Assembly (NCBI GenBank): GCA_030602615.1 | Contig: JAUVZM010000004.1 | Span: 17,170 to 81,169 of the forward strand | Direction of reading: 5' to 3' | Origin: a bacterium | GTDB lineage: Bacteria > Armatimonadota > Zipacnadia > Zipacnadales > Zipacnadaceae | Length of the DNA stretch: 64,000 nt | Shown here: positions 9,439-18,492 of the stretch, piece after piece | How positions within the stretch are numbered: the stretch's first letter is position 1 | How the letters are laid out: each line of letters starts with the position of its first letter | Translations under genes and position numbers: made by a program | The notes under the pieces: generated by a model | The model's database searches: none | Seen by the model: the letters and a program-made list of their open reading frames with translations, nothing else | What the model was told of the DNA's origin: nothing

Positions 9439-9630
9439 TACCATAACATACTACTATCCCCACGGGCAGCGAATGGTCTCGATTAAGACGCCTCCCGAAG
9501 CGGCTTTGAGACCACAACACATCTTTACATTCCGGTTTATGCATAATTCGGACCAGCCTAACGGGACGGGTACTGGATGACAAACTCGCCGCAAGTAGTA
9601 GAGCGGTTCCGATACAACGGAGGTTAAGTC

Positions 9631-10335
9631 ATGGCCACGCAGACTGAACATTACGGGCTGGCAGCGGGCGTCGTCAGCGATGATTTCGTCCAGCCCGATC
9701 ACCAAAATAGAGTCGCCGAGACGCTCGACCGCGTGGTGGGCAATGTGGTGAAACAGCTCATCAGCGCGGGGGTCTACAGCAGTTGGCTGATACAAGAAGA
9801 TAAGACCGTATCCGCAGGAGAGGGACTGGTGCAGGGCTGCTGGTGTGGCACCTCCAGCGACCAGGCCATCACCGGCCTGCAGGACGACGCCGTCAACTAT
9901 GTCTTTGCCGTGGCCAACGACCAGTCGCCGGATAAGGGCACGGTGGATTTCAGCGCGCAACTGACCGCCGAGGGGCCCAGCGGCGCAGTCTACCTGGGCA
10001 TCATCGAGCTGGATAGCGGCAGCGAGGTGGTGGCGATTGACAATACCGTCGGAGCCGACCGCGGCTGCTTTCCCCTGCTGAGCGAGACGGTCAACGGCAG
10101 CGGTGAGATTGAGGCAGTACCCGGCGGCGGGCAGGTCAGCTTTGAGATAGACCACGGGGAGACAGCCAGCTTCCTGGTGCCGGGAGCGATAGAGTTTGAA
10201 GCTGCCGGCGATGACTTTGAGATTGAACTGAGCAAGACATACCAGAAGGCGCAGTTTGAGGTGGTAGCCACCAACTCCAGCAGCTATCCGCGCGATCTGG
10301 TCTACACCTGGCAGCGCTGGGGCATCGCCGAGTGA
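9631..10335 (+). CDS. hypothetical protein (possibly phage-associated)
   Basis: 234 aa; preferred over antisense ORF 9454-10155 on composition; stop overlaps next gene start (GTGA). Confidence 0.45.
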   Translation: MATQTEHYGLAAGVVSDDFVQPDHQNRVAETLDRVVGNVVKQLISAGVYSSWLIQEDKTVSAGEGLVQGCWCGTSSDQAITGLQDDAVNYVFAVANDQSPDKGTVDFSAQLTAEGPSGAVYLGIIELDSGSEVVAIDNTVGADRGCFPLLSETVNGSGEIEAVPGGGQVSFEIDHGETASFLVPGAIEFEAAGDDFEIELSKTYQKAQFEVVATNSSSYPRDLVYTWQRWGIAE

Positions 10336-11408
10336 ACGCTGTCCAGGATCAGGTGGCCCTGCGACACCAGTTTCAAGTCAAAGGCGGGCCGCCAGTAGTC
10401 CAGTCGCTCACCGCCAAACTGCCGCCTCCGCCCGAGCCGATATGCACTCCCGTACAACTAACTTCGGCCAGCAAGCTGATCGTGCGACGCGATGCCGGTC
10501 TGGGCGACTGCCTGATGATTCTGCCCACGCTGGTCGCAATTCGCCAGCGTTTTTCGCAGTTGGAGGTAGTCTTCCAAGCTCCGGCGGCGTACACCACCTT
10601 GTTGGAGAGCTTCGCGGAGGTGGATGAAGCAATCGCACTGGATGAATCGCCGGCGCGACAAACCAGCCCCGAAACGCTCCTCGTTGATCTCAGCAACTAT
10701 ATGGAGCGCCATCCCCAGGCCTGGCAGCAGCCCCGCATTGACCTGGTGGGGACGGCCTTTGGTGTTACCCCTACGCCCTGCGGGGCAGCTTACCAGCCCG
10801 CGCCGCAACTGTTGCGTCAGGCGGAAAAGTGGCTGGCTACTCACGATTGCCGCGCGCCGACGCGTATCGCCGTGGCCCTGCGCGGCATCTACGGGCATCG
10901 CAGTTGGCTGGTCCCGTACGTCTTTGAGCTGGCCCAGCGGTTGGCAACCAAAGGCCAGGATGTGTTGATATTTGACGCTGATGCGCACGCGCCCCAGTGT
11001 CCGCGACCAAGAGATTCACGCCAGACAGGCAGTGTGGCCAGCGCCTACGGGCTGGAGCTGCCGCTGGCAGCGGCGCTGCTGGCCGGCTGCGACGCGGCAG
11101 TGGTGCCCGACACTGGCCTGCTGCATCTGGCGGCATGCGTGGGACTGCCGTTCGTGGCGATCTTTGGCCCAGTGCCGCCCCAGTTGCGCCTCAACTACTA
11201 CGAGAATTACCGCTGCCTGACCGCTGAGAAAAAAGTCGCCTGCGTGCCCTGCTGCGAGGGGCCCCAGCATATCAGGTGCAGCTACGAGTGCCTCTGGGAG
11301 ATTACCCCGAGTATGGTGGAAACTGCCCTGTACCAGTTGTTCAGCCAGGCGAATCCCAGCTATTCTGCAAAAGTCACAAACGGATTTTGCGGGAAACCCG
11401 CTTTTTGA
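10332..11408 (+). CDS. glycosyltransferase family 9 (ADP-heptose:LPS heptosyltransferase-like)
   Basis: GT9 signature LIVRRDAGLGDCLMILPTLVAIRQRF and C-terminal GLLHLAACVGLPFVAIFGP block; last ~11 codons and stop lie inside REP-A copy 3. Confidence 0.6.
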   Translation: MNAVQDQVALRHQFQVKGGPPVVQSLTAKLPPPPEPICTPVQLTSASKLIVRRDAGLGDCLMILPTLVAIRQRFSQLEVVFQAPAAYTTLLESFAEVDEAIALDESPARQTSPETLLVDLSNYMERHPQAWQQPRIDLVGTAFGVTPTPCGAAYQPAPQLLRQAEKWLATHDCRAPTRIAVALRGIYGHRSWLVPYVFELAQRLATKGQDVLIFDADAHAPQCPRPRDSRQTGSVASAYGLELPLAAALLAGCDAAVVPDTGLLHLAACVGLPFVAIFGPVPPQLRLNYYENYRCLTAEKKVACVPCCEGPQHIRCSYECLWEITPSMVETALYQLFSQANPSYSAKVTNGFCGKPAF

Positions 11409-11446
11409 AAAAAGCCGGTTTTCCGTACCTTTCCGGCAAAAACTTT
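11375..11446. repeat. REP-A element copy 3 (overlaps 3' end of GT9 gene)
   Basis: sequence identity to other copies. Confidence 0.75.
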
Positions 11447-11648
11447 GGCAACAATATACTTGACGCACGAAGGAGGGCATGATATGCAGACAGGATTGCC
11501 CTCAAGTTTCATCGGGTCATGCCAATAATTACTGAGATAGCTCCCTTACTTGAATGTAGGGGTTTGCGCTGCTTTAGTTTGTCCAGAGCGCAGCTTGGGT
11601 AAAACCGTATTAGACGGTAGCCTTGCAACAAGACCCTACTGACGGGTG

Positions 11649-11678
11649 TTGACATTCAGATGACCTTTATGATATAAT
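11649..11678 (+). promoter_or_regulatory. sigma70-like promoter: TTGACA -35 (11649-11654), 18-nt spacer, TATAAT -10 (11673-11678)
   Basis: perfect consensus hexamers in an AT-richer islet ~170 nt upstream of CDS 11847. Confidence 0.4.
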
Positions 11679-11846
11679 AAACGTAGCTAGGGAGGACCAC
11701 CCGCCGGTAATAACGAGGGCCGGTGTGATGCCTGCAGTCTTGTCTGCCACAAAGGGAGGGTTCTGTACCACCTGAAGCAACTGGCTGGTGTGTCCTGTGA
11801 GAGCAGGGCAGACCAGTTTTGTTGTCTTTAGAAAAGGTGATTCAGC

Positions 11847-12407
11847 ATGGTGCAGCTAATTACGGGCTTGGACTTTTGGAGTATAGTGCTTTGGGTGGTA
11901 GTGGGCGGTATAGTAGTGGCGTTTATCATCTACGTCATACGCGACGTATATTCCCACATCACGCATTCGACGGGTTTCAGTGCGTGGGCGTTAAACACGA
12001 ACGACCGCGCAGCAGAAGATTTCCGGGAATTAGTGAACCTTGCCAAGGAGCACCTGCATGTGGTGGCTGGTGGCGACCCCGGGTTCTGGGGTCGGAGCGA
12101 CGTCATACACGCAATAGAGCGGACAAGCAAAAGACTCGGGGTGTCTTCAGTGGTCTTTGTTGTGCCGCCCGAGCTACCCGAACCGTCGGATGAGTCGGCG
12201 CACCCTCTGCGAGAGCTTCAGCAACGCAACGTCATAATCCTAAGGCACGCCGACAAGAGTCCTTCCCGCCACTTCAGAATTGTGGACGGGTTACATTTTA
12301 CGCTTGAAGGGCCGCACAATGTCGGCATAGAGGAGCGATGGTATCGCACGGCACGAGATACCCGCTATGCTGGGGCGGTATTAGAGAAAGAGTTTCGTGC
12401 AGCATGA
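11847..12407 (+). CDS. membrane-anchored hypothetical protein (N-terminal TM helix + soluble domain)
   Basis: 186 aa; lower GC than flanks; hydrophobic segment LDFWSIVLWVVVGGIVVAFIIYVI. Confidence 0.45.
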   Translation: MVQLITGLDFWSIVLWVVVGGIVVAFIIYVIRDVYSHITHSTGFSAWALNTNDRAAEDFRELVNLAKEHLHVVAGGDPGFWGRSDVIHAIERTSKRLGVSSVVFVVPPELPEPSDESAHPLRELQQRNVIILRHADKSPSRHFRIVDGLHFTLEGPHNVGIEERWYRTARDTRYAGAVLEKEFRAA

Positions 12408-12441
12408 CCATATCCAACCCTAAGTCGAAGCAGACAGTCGG

Positions 12442-12807
12442 ATGAATCTAAGCACAGTGCACGACGCAGCGCGGTGTATTTCTGGGAATGCACCGCCGTT
12501 TATTGTGCTGGCTCTATGTTTCGCACTAATATATGGTTTAGCCCAGATCGTTCAGTTCTTGACTGTCCATGGCGGATTGGGCCGAGGCCATATGTGGGCA
12601 GTGTGGATAGTAGCCGTGGGGGCGTTTGTGACGACGCTGTTGTCCCTTATCATAGCGCGTTGGGGGCAATATTGCCGCGCTGAGGTGCACACGGCGGTAC
12701 TGGCATTGCTGTTTATGCTGTCGTTCATGATGCTCATTATTTTTTCGCACGTTGTCAAATACAGCAGAGAAGTAACCGACTTGGATACGCCACCGCCAGC
12801 TCCCTAG
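12442..12807 (+). CDS. small integral membrane protein (3-4 predicted TM helices)
   Basis: 121 aa; highly hydrophobic; lower-GC islet. Confidence 0.4.
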   Translation: MNLSTVHDAARCISGNAPPFIVLALCFALIYGLAQIVQFLTVHGGLGRGHMWAVWIVAVGAFVTTLLSLIIARWGQYCRAEVHTAVLALLFMLSFMMLIIFSHVVKYSREVTDLDTPPPAP

Positions 12808-12899
12808 ACTCCTGCCCCGCGAGGCTCGGGAACTTCTGCTAAGCCATGACGTTTCACTCAGCGCATAGAAACTTTGTCTGAGTACTTGACACACCACGG

Positions 12900-13202
12900 C
12901 TAAGGGTTCGTGTGCGCTTGCTTTTTGTAAGCGTAGACGTAATCCGCGTCCTCGTCGCCGCCGCCAGGGCCACCGTCAGTCCCGAGAGTGTCCACAAAGT
13001 ACGCCTCGACACGACGGGCCGCAGCTGAATTATAGGCCTGCTTGTAGATCCACGCGTCACTCTTTTCATCTACAGCATGCCCCTCAAAAAGCCGCGTGCG
13101 CGGGTCCGCAGTGATTCCGACATACCAGTCTATGTACTCACCTCCATGTTTCGCCATGTAGTCCTTGATGTCGGTCTTAATCTGATCTTCACTCGAAGCC
13201 AT
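12900..13202 (-). CDS. small GIY-YIG-like (YhbQ/UPF0213-like) nuclease-domain protein
   Basis: 100 aa from ATG 13202 with SD ggag; motif WYVGITADPRTRLFEGH resembles LYCGITTDxxRRLxEH of YhbQ-type GIY-YIG, downstream conserved E (VEAYF); the longer ORF up to 13313 is less likely. Confidence 0.35.
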   Translation of the reverse strand: MASSEDQIKTDIKDYMAKHGGEYIDWYVGITADPRTRLFEGHAVDEKSDAWIYKQAYNSAAARRVEAYFVDTLGTDGGPGGGDEDADYVYAYKKQAHTNP

Positions 13203-13376
13203 CGTCAAACACCTCATCTCCTCAGCACAGCTAAGTGGCAGACACCTGCCTAGTACAATTGTTCGATAATCATACCACTTATGCCAACCCTTGTCAAGTA
13301 CAGACCGCACCAATAATCGGCGCCAGCAGGGCCGTACGTGGGCCGTGCTTAAGTGAGCACGTATCCAGCCAAATGA

Positions 13377-13715
13377 GTGATAATGGAGATATCCTACTAC
13401 CAGCTAATTCAGTTCCTCGTCAATTCGCCGGGTAGCGGATGGCTGAGCTACACACTGGCCGGCTTGCTGGGCGCCCTGGTGAATCTGGCTCTGGAGGGCC
13501 GTCCGCTGATCCTGCCGCGCATGAGCGACGGTGCGCTGCATCTGGGCTTCGTCGGGAACCTGATTATCTGCATCACCGTAGCCTTCATCATTGACGGCAG
13601 CTTCCCAATGGCCTTCTTCGCGGCTCTCATCGGGACTTGTATCCTCCGCAAGCTGAAGACGAAGCTGGAACAAGCCTTCGCTAAGGAGATAGATAGGCTA
13701 CACCTGGAGGAATAA
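13377..13715 (+). CDS. small membrane protein (2 TM), holin-like candidate
   Basis: 112 aa, two hydrophobic helices, charged C-terminus; upstream of lysis genes. Confidence 0.35.
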   Translation: MIMEISYYQLIQFLVNSPGSGWLSYTLAGLLGALVNLALEGRPLILPRMSDGALHLGFVGNLIICITVAFIIDGSFPMAFFAALIGTCILRKLKTKLEQAFAKEIDRLHLEE

Positions 13716-13718
13716 CAG

Positions 13719-14081
13719 ATGACAGCTACCGCCCTCATAGTCGGCGTCGCTGACGTCGGCTTTTTTGTTTGTGCACTACTTACCTGGTGGACTCTGTACC
13801 GGCAGGGCAGCAACCGTCCCGGTCAGATGGTGCTGTGGCTGCTCGTGGCCGCGCGCGGAGGGGAGCTGGCCCACCGCCTGCCGCTGGGACTGGTTCCCGC
13901 CAGTCGCTGGAGTTGGCTCGTGACCACAGCATTCAGCTTCCTGCTGGTCTACGCCATCTACCAGATGGGCAGGCTGCTGGCCACAGTCCGCGACCACCAG
14001 GCGATCAATCACCAGCGTCAGCCTCTGGAACTGCTGCAACTGGCCAGTCAACCGGGGCGACCCCGCCGCCGCAAGCTGTAA
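13719..14081 (+). CDS. small membrane protein (3 TM)
   Basis: 120 aa, hydrophobic, Arg-rich C-terminus; followed by REP-A copy 4. Confidence 0.35.
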   Translation: MTATALIVGVADVGFFVCALLTWWTLYRQGSNRPGQMVLWLLVAARGGELAHRLPLGLVPASRWSWLVTTAFSFLLVYAIYQMGRLLATVRDHQAINHQRQPLELLQLASQPGRPRRRKL

Positions 14082-14101
14082 GCGCTCCCAGTAGCCCCGA
14101 T

Positions 14102-14176
14102 TATTCATAAACGGATTTTGCGGAAAACCCGCTTTTTGGAAAAAGCCGGTTTTCCGCACCTTTCCGGCAAAAACTT
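14102..14176. repeat. REP-A element copy 4
   Basis: sequence identity; 21 nt downstream of stop of 13719-14081. Confidence 0.75.
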
Positions 14177-14290
14177 TCAAAATAGAGTAACCCAGTTGAT
14201 AGCTACACCATATGGCTTTTATCTTCGGGAATAATGCAGACTAGAAATCCCAAAATCGAAACAACATAACCGAATGGGGAGGTTATTAAG

Positions 14291-14590
14291 ATGCTTGAGG
14301 CACTGTCTTTTTCACTGAAGAATCTGCTGCTGCCGGGCGTGGTGACCCTCATCACCGGCTTCTTGTGCAGTCTGGTGCGCCTGTACATTCAGCAAGTCAA
14401 AGACGAGCGGCTACGCCAGTTCCTGCAGCGACTGGTCGAGGCCGCCGAGCAGATCTACGGCTCCGGGCAGGGCGCGGCCAAGTATGAATATGTTGTCCGC
14501 CAGGCCCAGCGCCAGGGCCATCAGCCAACCCGTGCCGACATCGAGGCAGCCGTCTTTCGTACCAACGCCGAGCCGAAAGGAGCTGTATAA
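14291..14590 (+). CDS. holin-like protein (single N-terminal TM, charged C-terminal domain)
   Basis: 99 aa; SD ggggagg; directly upstream of lipoprotein and Amidase_2 endolysin. Confidence 0.4.
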   Translation: MLEALSFSLKNLLLPGVVTLITGFLCSLVRLYIQQVKDERLRQFLQRLVEAAEQIYGSGQGAAKYEYVVRQAQRQGHQPTRADIEAAVFRTNAEPKGAV

Positions 14591-14592
14591 GA

Positions 14593-14967
14593 ATGTTTAA
14601 GTATCTCGCTATAACTGTGCTCATCCTCGTGCTGTGCTCTAGCTGTTGGGCAGACAGTATCCTGCGCGAGGCATCAGACGCCGTTACCGAGACCGTCGAG
14701 CTGTCGCTGCTGAGCGGCACCATCGGTTGGGGTGCCGGCGCGTATTGGCCGCTGTACGAGATCGAACAGATCGAGACCACCGTCGGCCCGTTCGTGGCTT
14801 TCGGCAGTCAGATGGTAGCCGCGGGCGTAGGTGCCAAGCTGGCCGTGGAGATTCCCATGCTGGATAACTACATTGACTTCGTAGCCGCCGGCGGCGCCTA
14901 CCACGATGATGATCTCACCTTTGAACTGTGGGTCGGTAAGTGCATTCCTCTACAACGCGGCAAGTAA
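14593..14967 (+). CDS. putative lipoprotein (possible spanin-like lysis accessory)
   Basis: 124 aa; signal peptide with lipobox-like LVLCSSC; between holin-like gene and endolysin. Confidence 0.35.
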   Translation: MFKYLAITVLILVLCSSCWADSILREASDAVTETVELSLLSGTIGWGAGAYWPLYEIEQIETTVGPFVAFGSQMVAAGVGAKLAVEIPMLDNYIDFVAAGGAYHDDDLTFELWVGKCIPLQRGK

Positions 14968-14995
14968 TACGGGTCACGTCAATAACCAACAGGTT

Positions 14996-15068
14996 GGTAG
15001 GAGGGACATTCTTGTCCCGATTGATACGCCAATTCGTACATCGTCGCGGCAGGAATGCCGCTCCTACC
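14996..15068. repeat. REP-B element copy
   Basis: ggtaggagggacattcttgtcccgattgatacgccaattcgtacatcgtcgcggcaggaatgccgctcctacc. Confidence 0.8.
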
Positions 15069-15150
15069 ATCGAGATGGAGCTAAGCCGCGAAGGCGGATC
15101 GACAGAACAGATATCCCCCAGGAAGAGACACTACCACAGGCGGTGAGACA

Positions 15151-15861
15151 ATGCCCAGGGAACGACAGGTGACCCTCCCGGAGTGCGTGCAGCATATCCG
15201 GCAAGTGCCGATGGAGCGACGCATCTCTGAGGTCATCATCCACCATACCTGGCGACCCACTGCTGCCGATTACCACGGCCTGAGTACTGTGCGCGGAGTG
15301 CGGCGCTATCATATGCAGCAGCGGGGTTGGTCCGATAACGGTTATCACATTATGATCGGGCCCAGCGGCGATATCTTTTTGTGCCGGCCGATGAGCCGTG
15401 CCGGCGCGCACTGCCGCGGCCACAACCAGCATTCAATCGGACTGGCCTATATCGCCGACTTCGACACCGAAAACCCCGCCGACTGCCCCGCCGTAGCCGT
15501 CGGCCAGCAGGTCGTCGCGGCCCTGCTGGAGCGCTTCGAGCTTACCCCCGAACAGATCCACTTCCATCGCGAATATGCCAACAAGACCTGCCCCGGGACG
15601 CGCCTGCACCTCGATGAGTACCGCCACCAGGCGGAACTGCTGATGTGCGACCACACTGATAGCATCAAGGTGGTGCTGCTGCCGGGCAGCCAGACTATCC
15701 CCTGCCGCCCCCACCTGGAAGACGGCACCACTCGCGTGGACCTGCGCCCCCTGGCCACCGCCCTGGACTGCGAAGTCTACGACCACCTCGCCGACCAAGG
15801 GAAGGTGTATGTGCGGCGGAGGGTGCAAACCCCCAACAACCCAGAGACACTTCACCACTGA
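15151..15861 (+). CDS. N-acetylmuramoyl-L-alanine amidase (Amidase_2/PGRP family) endolysin with C-terminal domain
   Basis: IIHHT...RRYHMQQRGWSDNGYHIMIGPSGDIF...GAHCRGHNQHSIGLAYIADF matches the Amidase_2 zinc-amidase core. Confidence 0.85.
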   Translation: MPRERQVTLPECVQHIRQVPMERRISEVIIHHTWRPTAADYHGLSTVRGVRRYHMQQRGWSDNGYHIMIGPSGDIFLCRPMSRAGAHCRGHNQHSIGLAYIADFDTENPADCPAVAVGQQVVAALLERFELTPEQIHFHREYANKTCPGTRLHLDEYRHQAELLMCDHTDSIKVVLLPGSQTIPCRPHLEDGTTRVDLRPLATALDCEVYDHLADQGKVYVRRRVQTPNNPETLHH

Positions 15862-15944
15862 ACACCACCTCATGAGACTCTCCTTGCCACACTGAATTGG
15901 ACCTGCTATAATTCGCCTCGTCTTAAGAGGCGGGCTGAGCAGAT

Positions 15945-16775
15945 ATGATTAAGAATATTCTGGTTGGCTACGACCATTCGCGTCCGGCGCAGGTGGCTCT
16001 GGCGCAGGCTATTGACCTGGCCGAGGCTACCTCCGGGCGCGTGCGATTGGTGGTGGTCAGGACTGAGGAGGGGCCTGCCCCCCAGCCGGAGTTGGCCGCC
16101 GATCCCGGCATCGCGGATATGGTCAATGTCGGACTGGATGATGAGGAGATGGAAACCGAATCAGCAGGCGCACCACCGTTTGTGGAGCAGGCCCGCACCA
16201 AGCTGGCTGCTGCCGGCACTACTGGCAGCATTCAGGTGGCCAACAGCGGCCAACCGGCGGCTTGCCTGCGTGAGGAGGCTGACCTGGCTAACCTGCTGGT
16301 GGTGGGCCGGGGCAGAGCGCACAGTGGCGGGCAAGTCGGTCGTACCACGCGCAACCTGCTGAAAGGTCATCTGCCCTGCCCACTGCTGATCTGCACGAAC
16401 CAGTATCTGCCCATCACCTCGATGCTGCTGATCTATTGGCCGGGCCCGCCCGGCGGCCGGGCTGTTTCGCTGGCCGCCGAGCTAGCGGCGACGCTAAACA
16501 TTGATCTGGATACTGTCGTGACCGCTCCGGGACATCGAGCTCCTCGCCAGGAGCGCGCTCGAGTTGCATCAGCGCTATTGGGTTACCACACCGAAGGCGA
16601 AGTCGTAGCCACCACCGAAGCCTCCGAACAGGCCGTGCTTACGGCGGGCTTGCAGTACAATCCCTCTCTTCTAGTAATCCCCGAACCCTCTCTGCTCCGG
16701 TGGCCGTGGCAACTGGCTCCGCTGTACTCCTCGGCGTTGGAACTTCCTGATACTTTGCTACTCATAGTCCCCTGA
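15945..16775 (+). CDS. universal stress protein (tandem UspA domains)
   Basis: ILVGYDHSRPAQVALAQAIDLA and LLVVGRGRAHSGGQVGRTTRNLLKGHLPCPLLIC blocks typical of UspA. Confidence 0.65.
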   Translation: MIKNILVGYDHSRPAQVALAQAIDLAEATSGRVRLVVVRTEEGPAPQPELAADPGIADMVNVGLDDEEMETESAGAPPFVEQARTKLAAAGTTGSIQVANSGQPAACLREEADLANLLVVGRGRAHSGGQVGRTTRNLLKGHLPCPLLICTNQYLPITSMLLIYWPGPPGGRAVSLAAELAATLNIDLDTVVTAPGHRAPRQERARVASALLGYHTEGEVVATTEASEQAVLTAGLQYNPSLLVIPEPSLLRWPWQLAPLYSSALELPDTLLLIVP

Positions 16776-16947
16776 ATCCGATCCTCCTCCAATTGACACA
16801 TCCCTATTCCCCTCGTATACTTCCCTTGATACAAATTAGCCTGCGGGAGGTGTGATGAGTGTTCAACCTCGCGTTGCGTTCGGCGCTGACACTGATTCGC
16901 ATTGTGGTGATGGCCGCCGGGTTGCCGCTGGCGGCCTGATAGGCAAG

Positions 16948-17034
16948 ATTCATAAACGGATTTTGTGGGAAACCCGCTTTTTGAAAAAAGCCGGTTTCCC
17001 ACACCCTTCCGGCAAAAACTTTTACACTTGAACA
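16948..17034. repeat. REP-A element copy 5
   Basis: sequence identity incl. 3' extension tttacacttgaaca shared with copy 6. Confidence 0.75.
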
Positions 17035-17050
17035 ATACAGGAATGGAGGT

Positions 17051-17323
17051 ATGGAAATGGAATGGCTTATCGTGCTGATTTCCCTGCTGGTCTTGGCAAC
17101 AAGCCTGTGGGCTATGTTCGACGCCTATATGCTGAGCAATCGGGCTGAGGCTCTTCTCGGTCACGAAAACCACATCGGCAAGCAGCACCCGCTGTTTTGG
17201 CTTTTCGCATGTTTGTTGCTTTGGATCGTATTCTTTCCACTGTATGTAGTTGCACGTTCCAGTTTTGCGTCAGCTTTGCAAGAAGCTGAAAGTGCTGAGC
17301 AGCCGGAACCTCCAAGTGAATAA
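17051..17323 (+). CDS. small membrane protein (2 TM)
   Basis: 90 aa; two hydrophobic helices; acidic C-terminus. Confidence 0.4.
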   Translation: MEMEWLIVLISLLVLATSLWAMFDAYMLSNRAEALLGHENHIGKQHPLFWLFACLLLWIVFFPLYVVARSSFASALQEAESAEQPEPPSE

Positions 17324-17357
17324 GTGTGGATTACAATATAGGCCGGTAGGGACACAG

Positions 17358-18428
17358 ATGACCAAACGAACCTGGATAATTGTAGCAGTGGCCTTGGTGG
17401 CGCACCTCGCCTACGCGGATACACTGGTGGGCGTCTACGTCAACGGCACGAAGCAGGACTTTTCGCCTCCCGCGCGGGTGCGGGAGGGGACGACCTATGC
17501 GCCGTTGCGGGCGGCGGCCGAGGCGGTAGGCGCCGACGTGAAGTGGATTGAATCCGAGCAGATTGCTATCATATGCCAGGGCGACGCCTGCGCTATCATT
17601 CGCAAGCAGCAGGGAATTATCGTCAGCGGGCGGCTGCTGATTCCGGTGCGGCTGATGGCCGAAGCGCTGGAGGCATCTGTGAGTTGGGATGCACAAAACA
17701 AACGGGTACTAATCAAGACGAGACCCCGCCAAGCAGCCGCACCACTAATCAATCTGGCACGCACCAATCTAGCATCAGTAAGCGGGTCATCAGTGAATGG
17801 AATGCGCAGCCTGGACAACCCGTATTATGGTATTCTGAACGCCTTCGATAATGGCACCCACTACGTCGAGGGTATTAACTACAGTTATTGGCTGACTTCC
17901 TCGCAGCCATCGCATTGGCTGGAGGTACGCTTTGACGTTCCCGTCACGGTCGTCAATATACACGTTGAAGCGAACTCACCCTACAGTACTCAACTGTTAT
18001 TGGCCACCGGTGGTGAACTATCTTATGCCCAGAGGCAGGACCAACTGACTTTCCATCGAACAGCAGGTGGCTTGGCAGGTATACAGGCAGTGACGGGCAT
18101 CAGGTTGAACTTTCGGACAGAAAGGCTGCTGAAGGTGCACGAGGTGCGAGTTATTGGTTTCCCACCCCCCAGCGTTCGGTGTAGGGAATGCGTTCCGGGA
18201 CTTTTCGCCACACCTCAATACGCCACTCTGCGCGCCCAACAAGAGTTTGCGAGTTGGATGATGGAACTGCGAAGGGACCCCGACTGTCGCCTGGCAAGAA
18301 CAGACGAGGGATTTGAGATCACCTTCTTTCGCGGCAAGATTGATTTGTGTAAGGTCTTCGTGCCAGACAAAGGCAAGCCCAAGCTGGAAGTGCTAGCTGA
18401 CTTCGCTCCGCTTGCTACAACACCATAG
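17358..18428 (+). CDS. secreted protein with copper-amine-oxidase N-terminal-like (stalk) domain and F5/8 type C (discoidin)-like domain
   Basis: signal peptide MTKRTWIIVAVALVAHLAYA; TYAPLRAAAEAVGADVKW...LIPVRLMAEALEASVSW repeats; C-terminal discoidin-like block. Confidence 0.5.
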   Translation: MTKRTWIIVAVALVAHLAYADTLVGVYVNGTKQDFSPPARVREGTTYAPLRAAAEAVGADVKWIESEQIAIICQGDACAIIRKQQGIIVSGRLLIPVRLMAEALEASVSWDAQNKRVLIKTRPRQAAAPLINLARTNLASVSGSSVNGMRSLDNPYYGILNAFDNGTHYVEGINYSYWLTSSQPSHWLEVRFDVPVTVVNIHVEANSPYSTQLLLATGGELSYAQRQDQLTFHRTAGGLAGIQAVTGIRLNFRTERLLKVHEVRVIGFPPPSVRCRECVPGLFATPQYATLRAQQEFASWMMELRRDPDCRLARTDEGFEITFFRGKIDLCKVFVPDKGKPKLEVLADFAPLATTP

Positions 18429-18492
18429 GCAGTTAACACCTCCCACAGCTTACAAGAGTGAGAGGCACGATAACCGCGTTGCACAGGAGGAC

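Noticed and set aside
9454-10155. 233-aa minus-strand ORF
   Set aside because: Overlaps 9631-10335 (+); the plus-strand ORF has a more protein-like composition and is translationally coupled to the GT9 gene. The choice is not certain.
16583-17188. 201-aa minus-strand ORF
   Set aside because: Runs through REP-A copy 5 and antisense to the small membrane protein gene; composition implausible.
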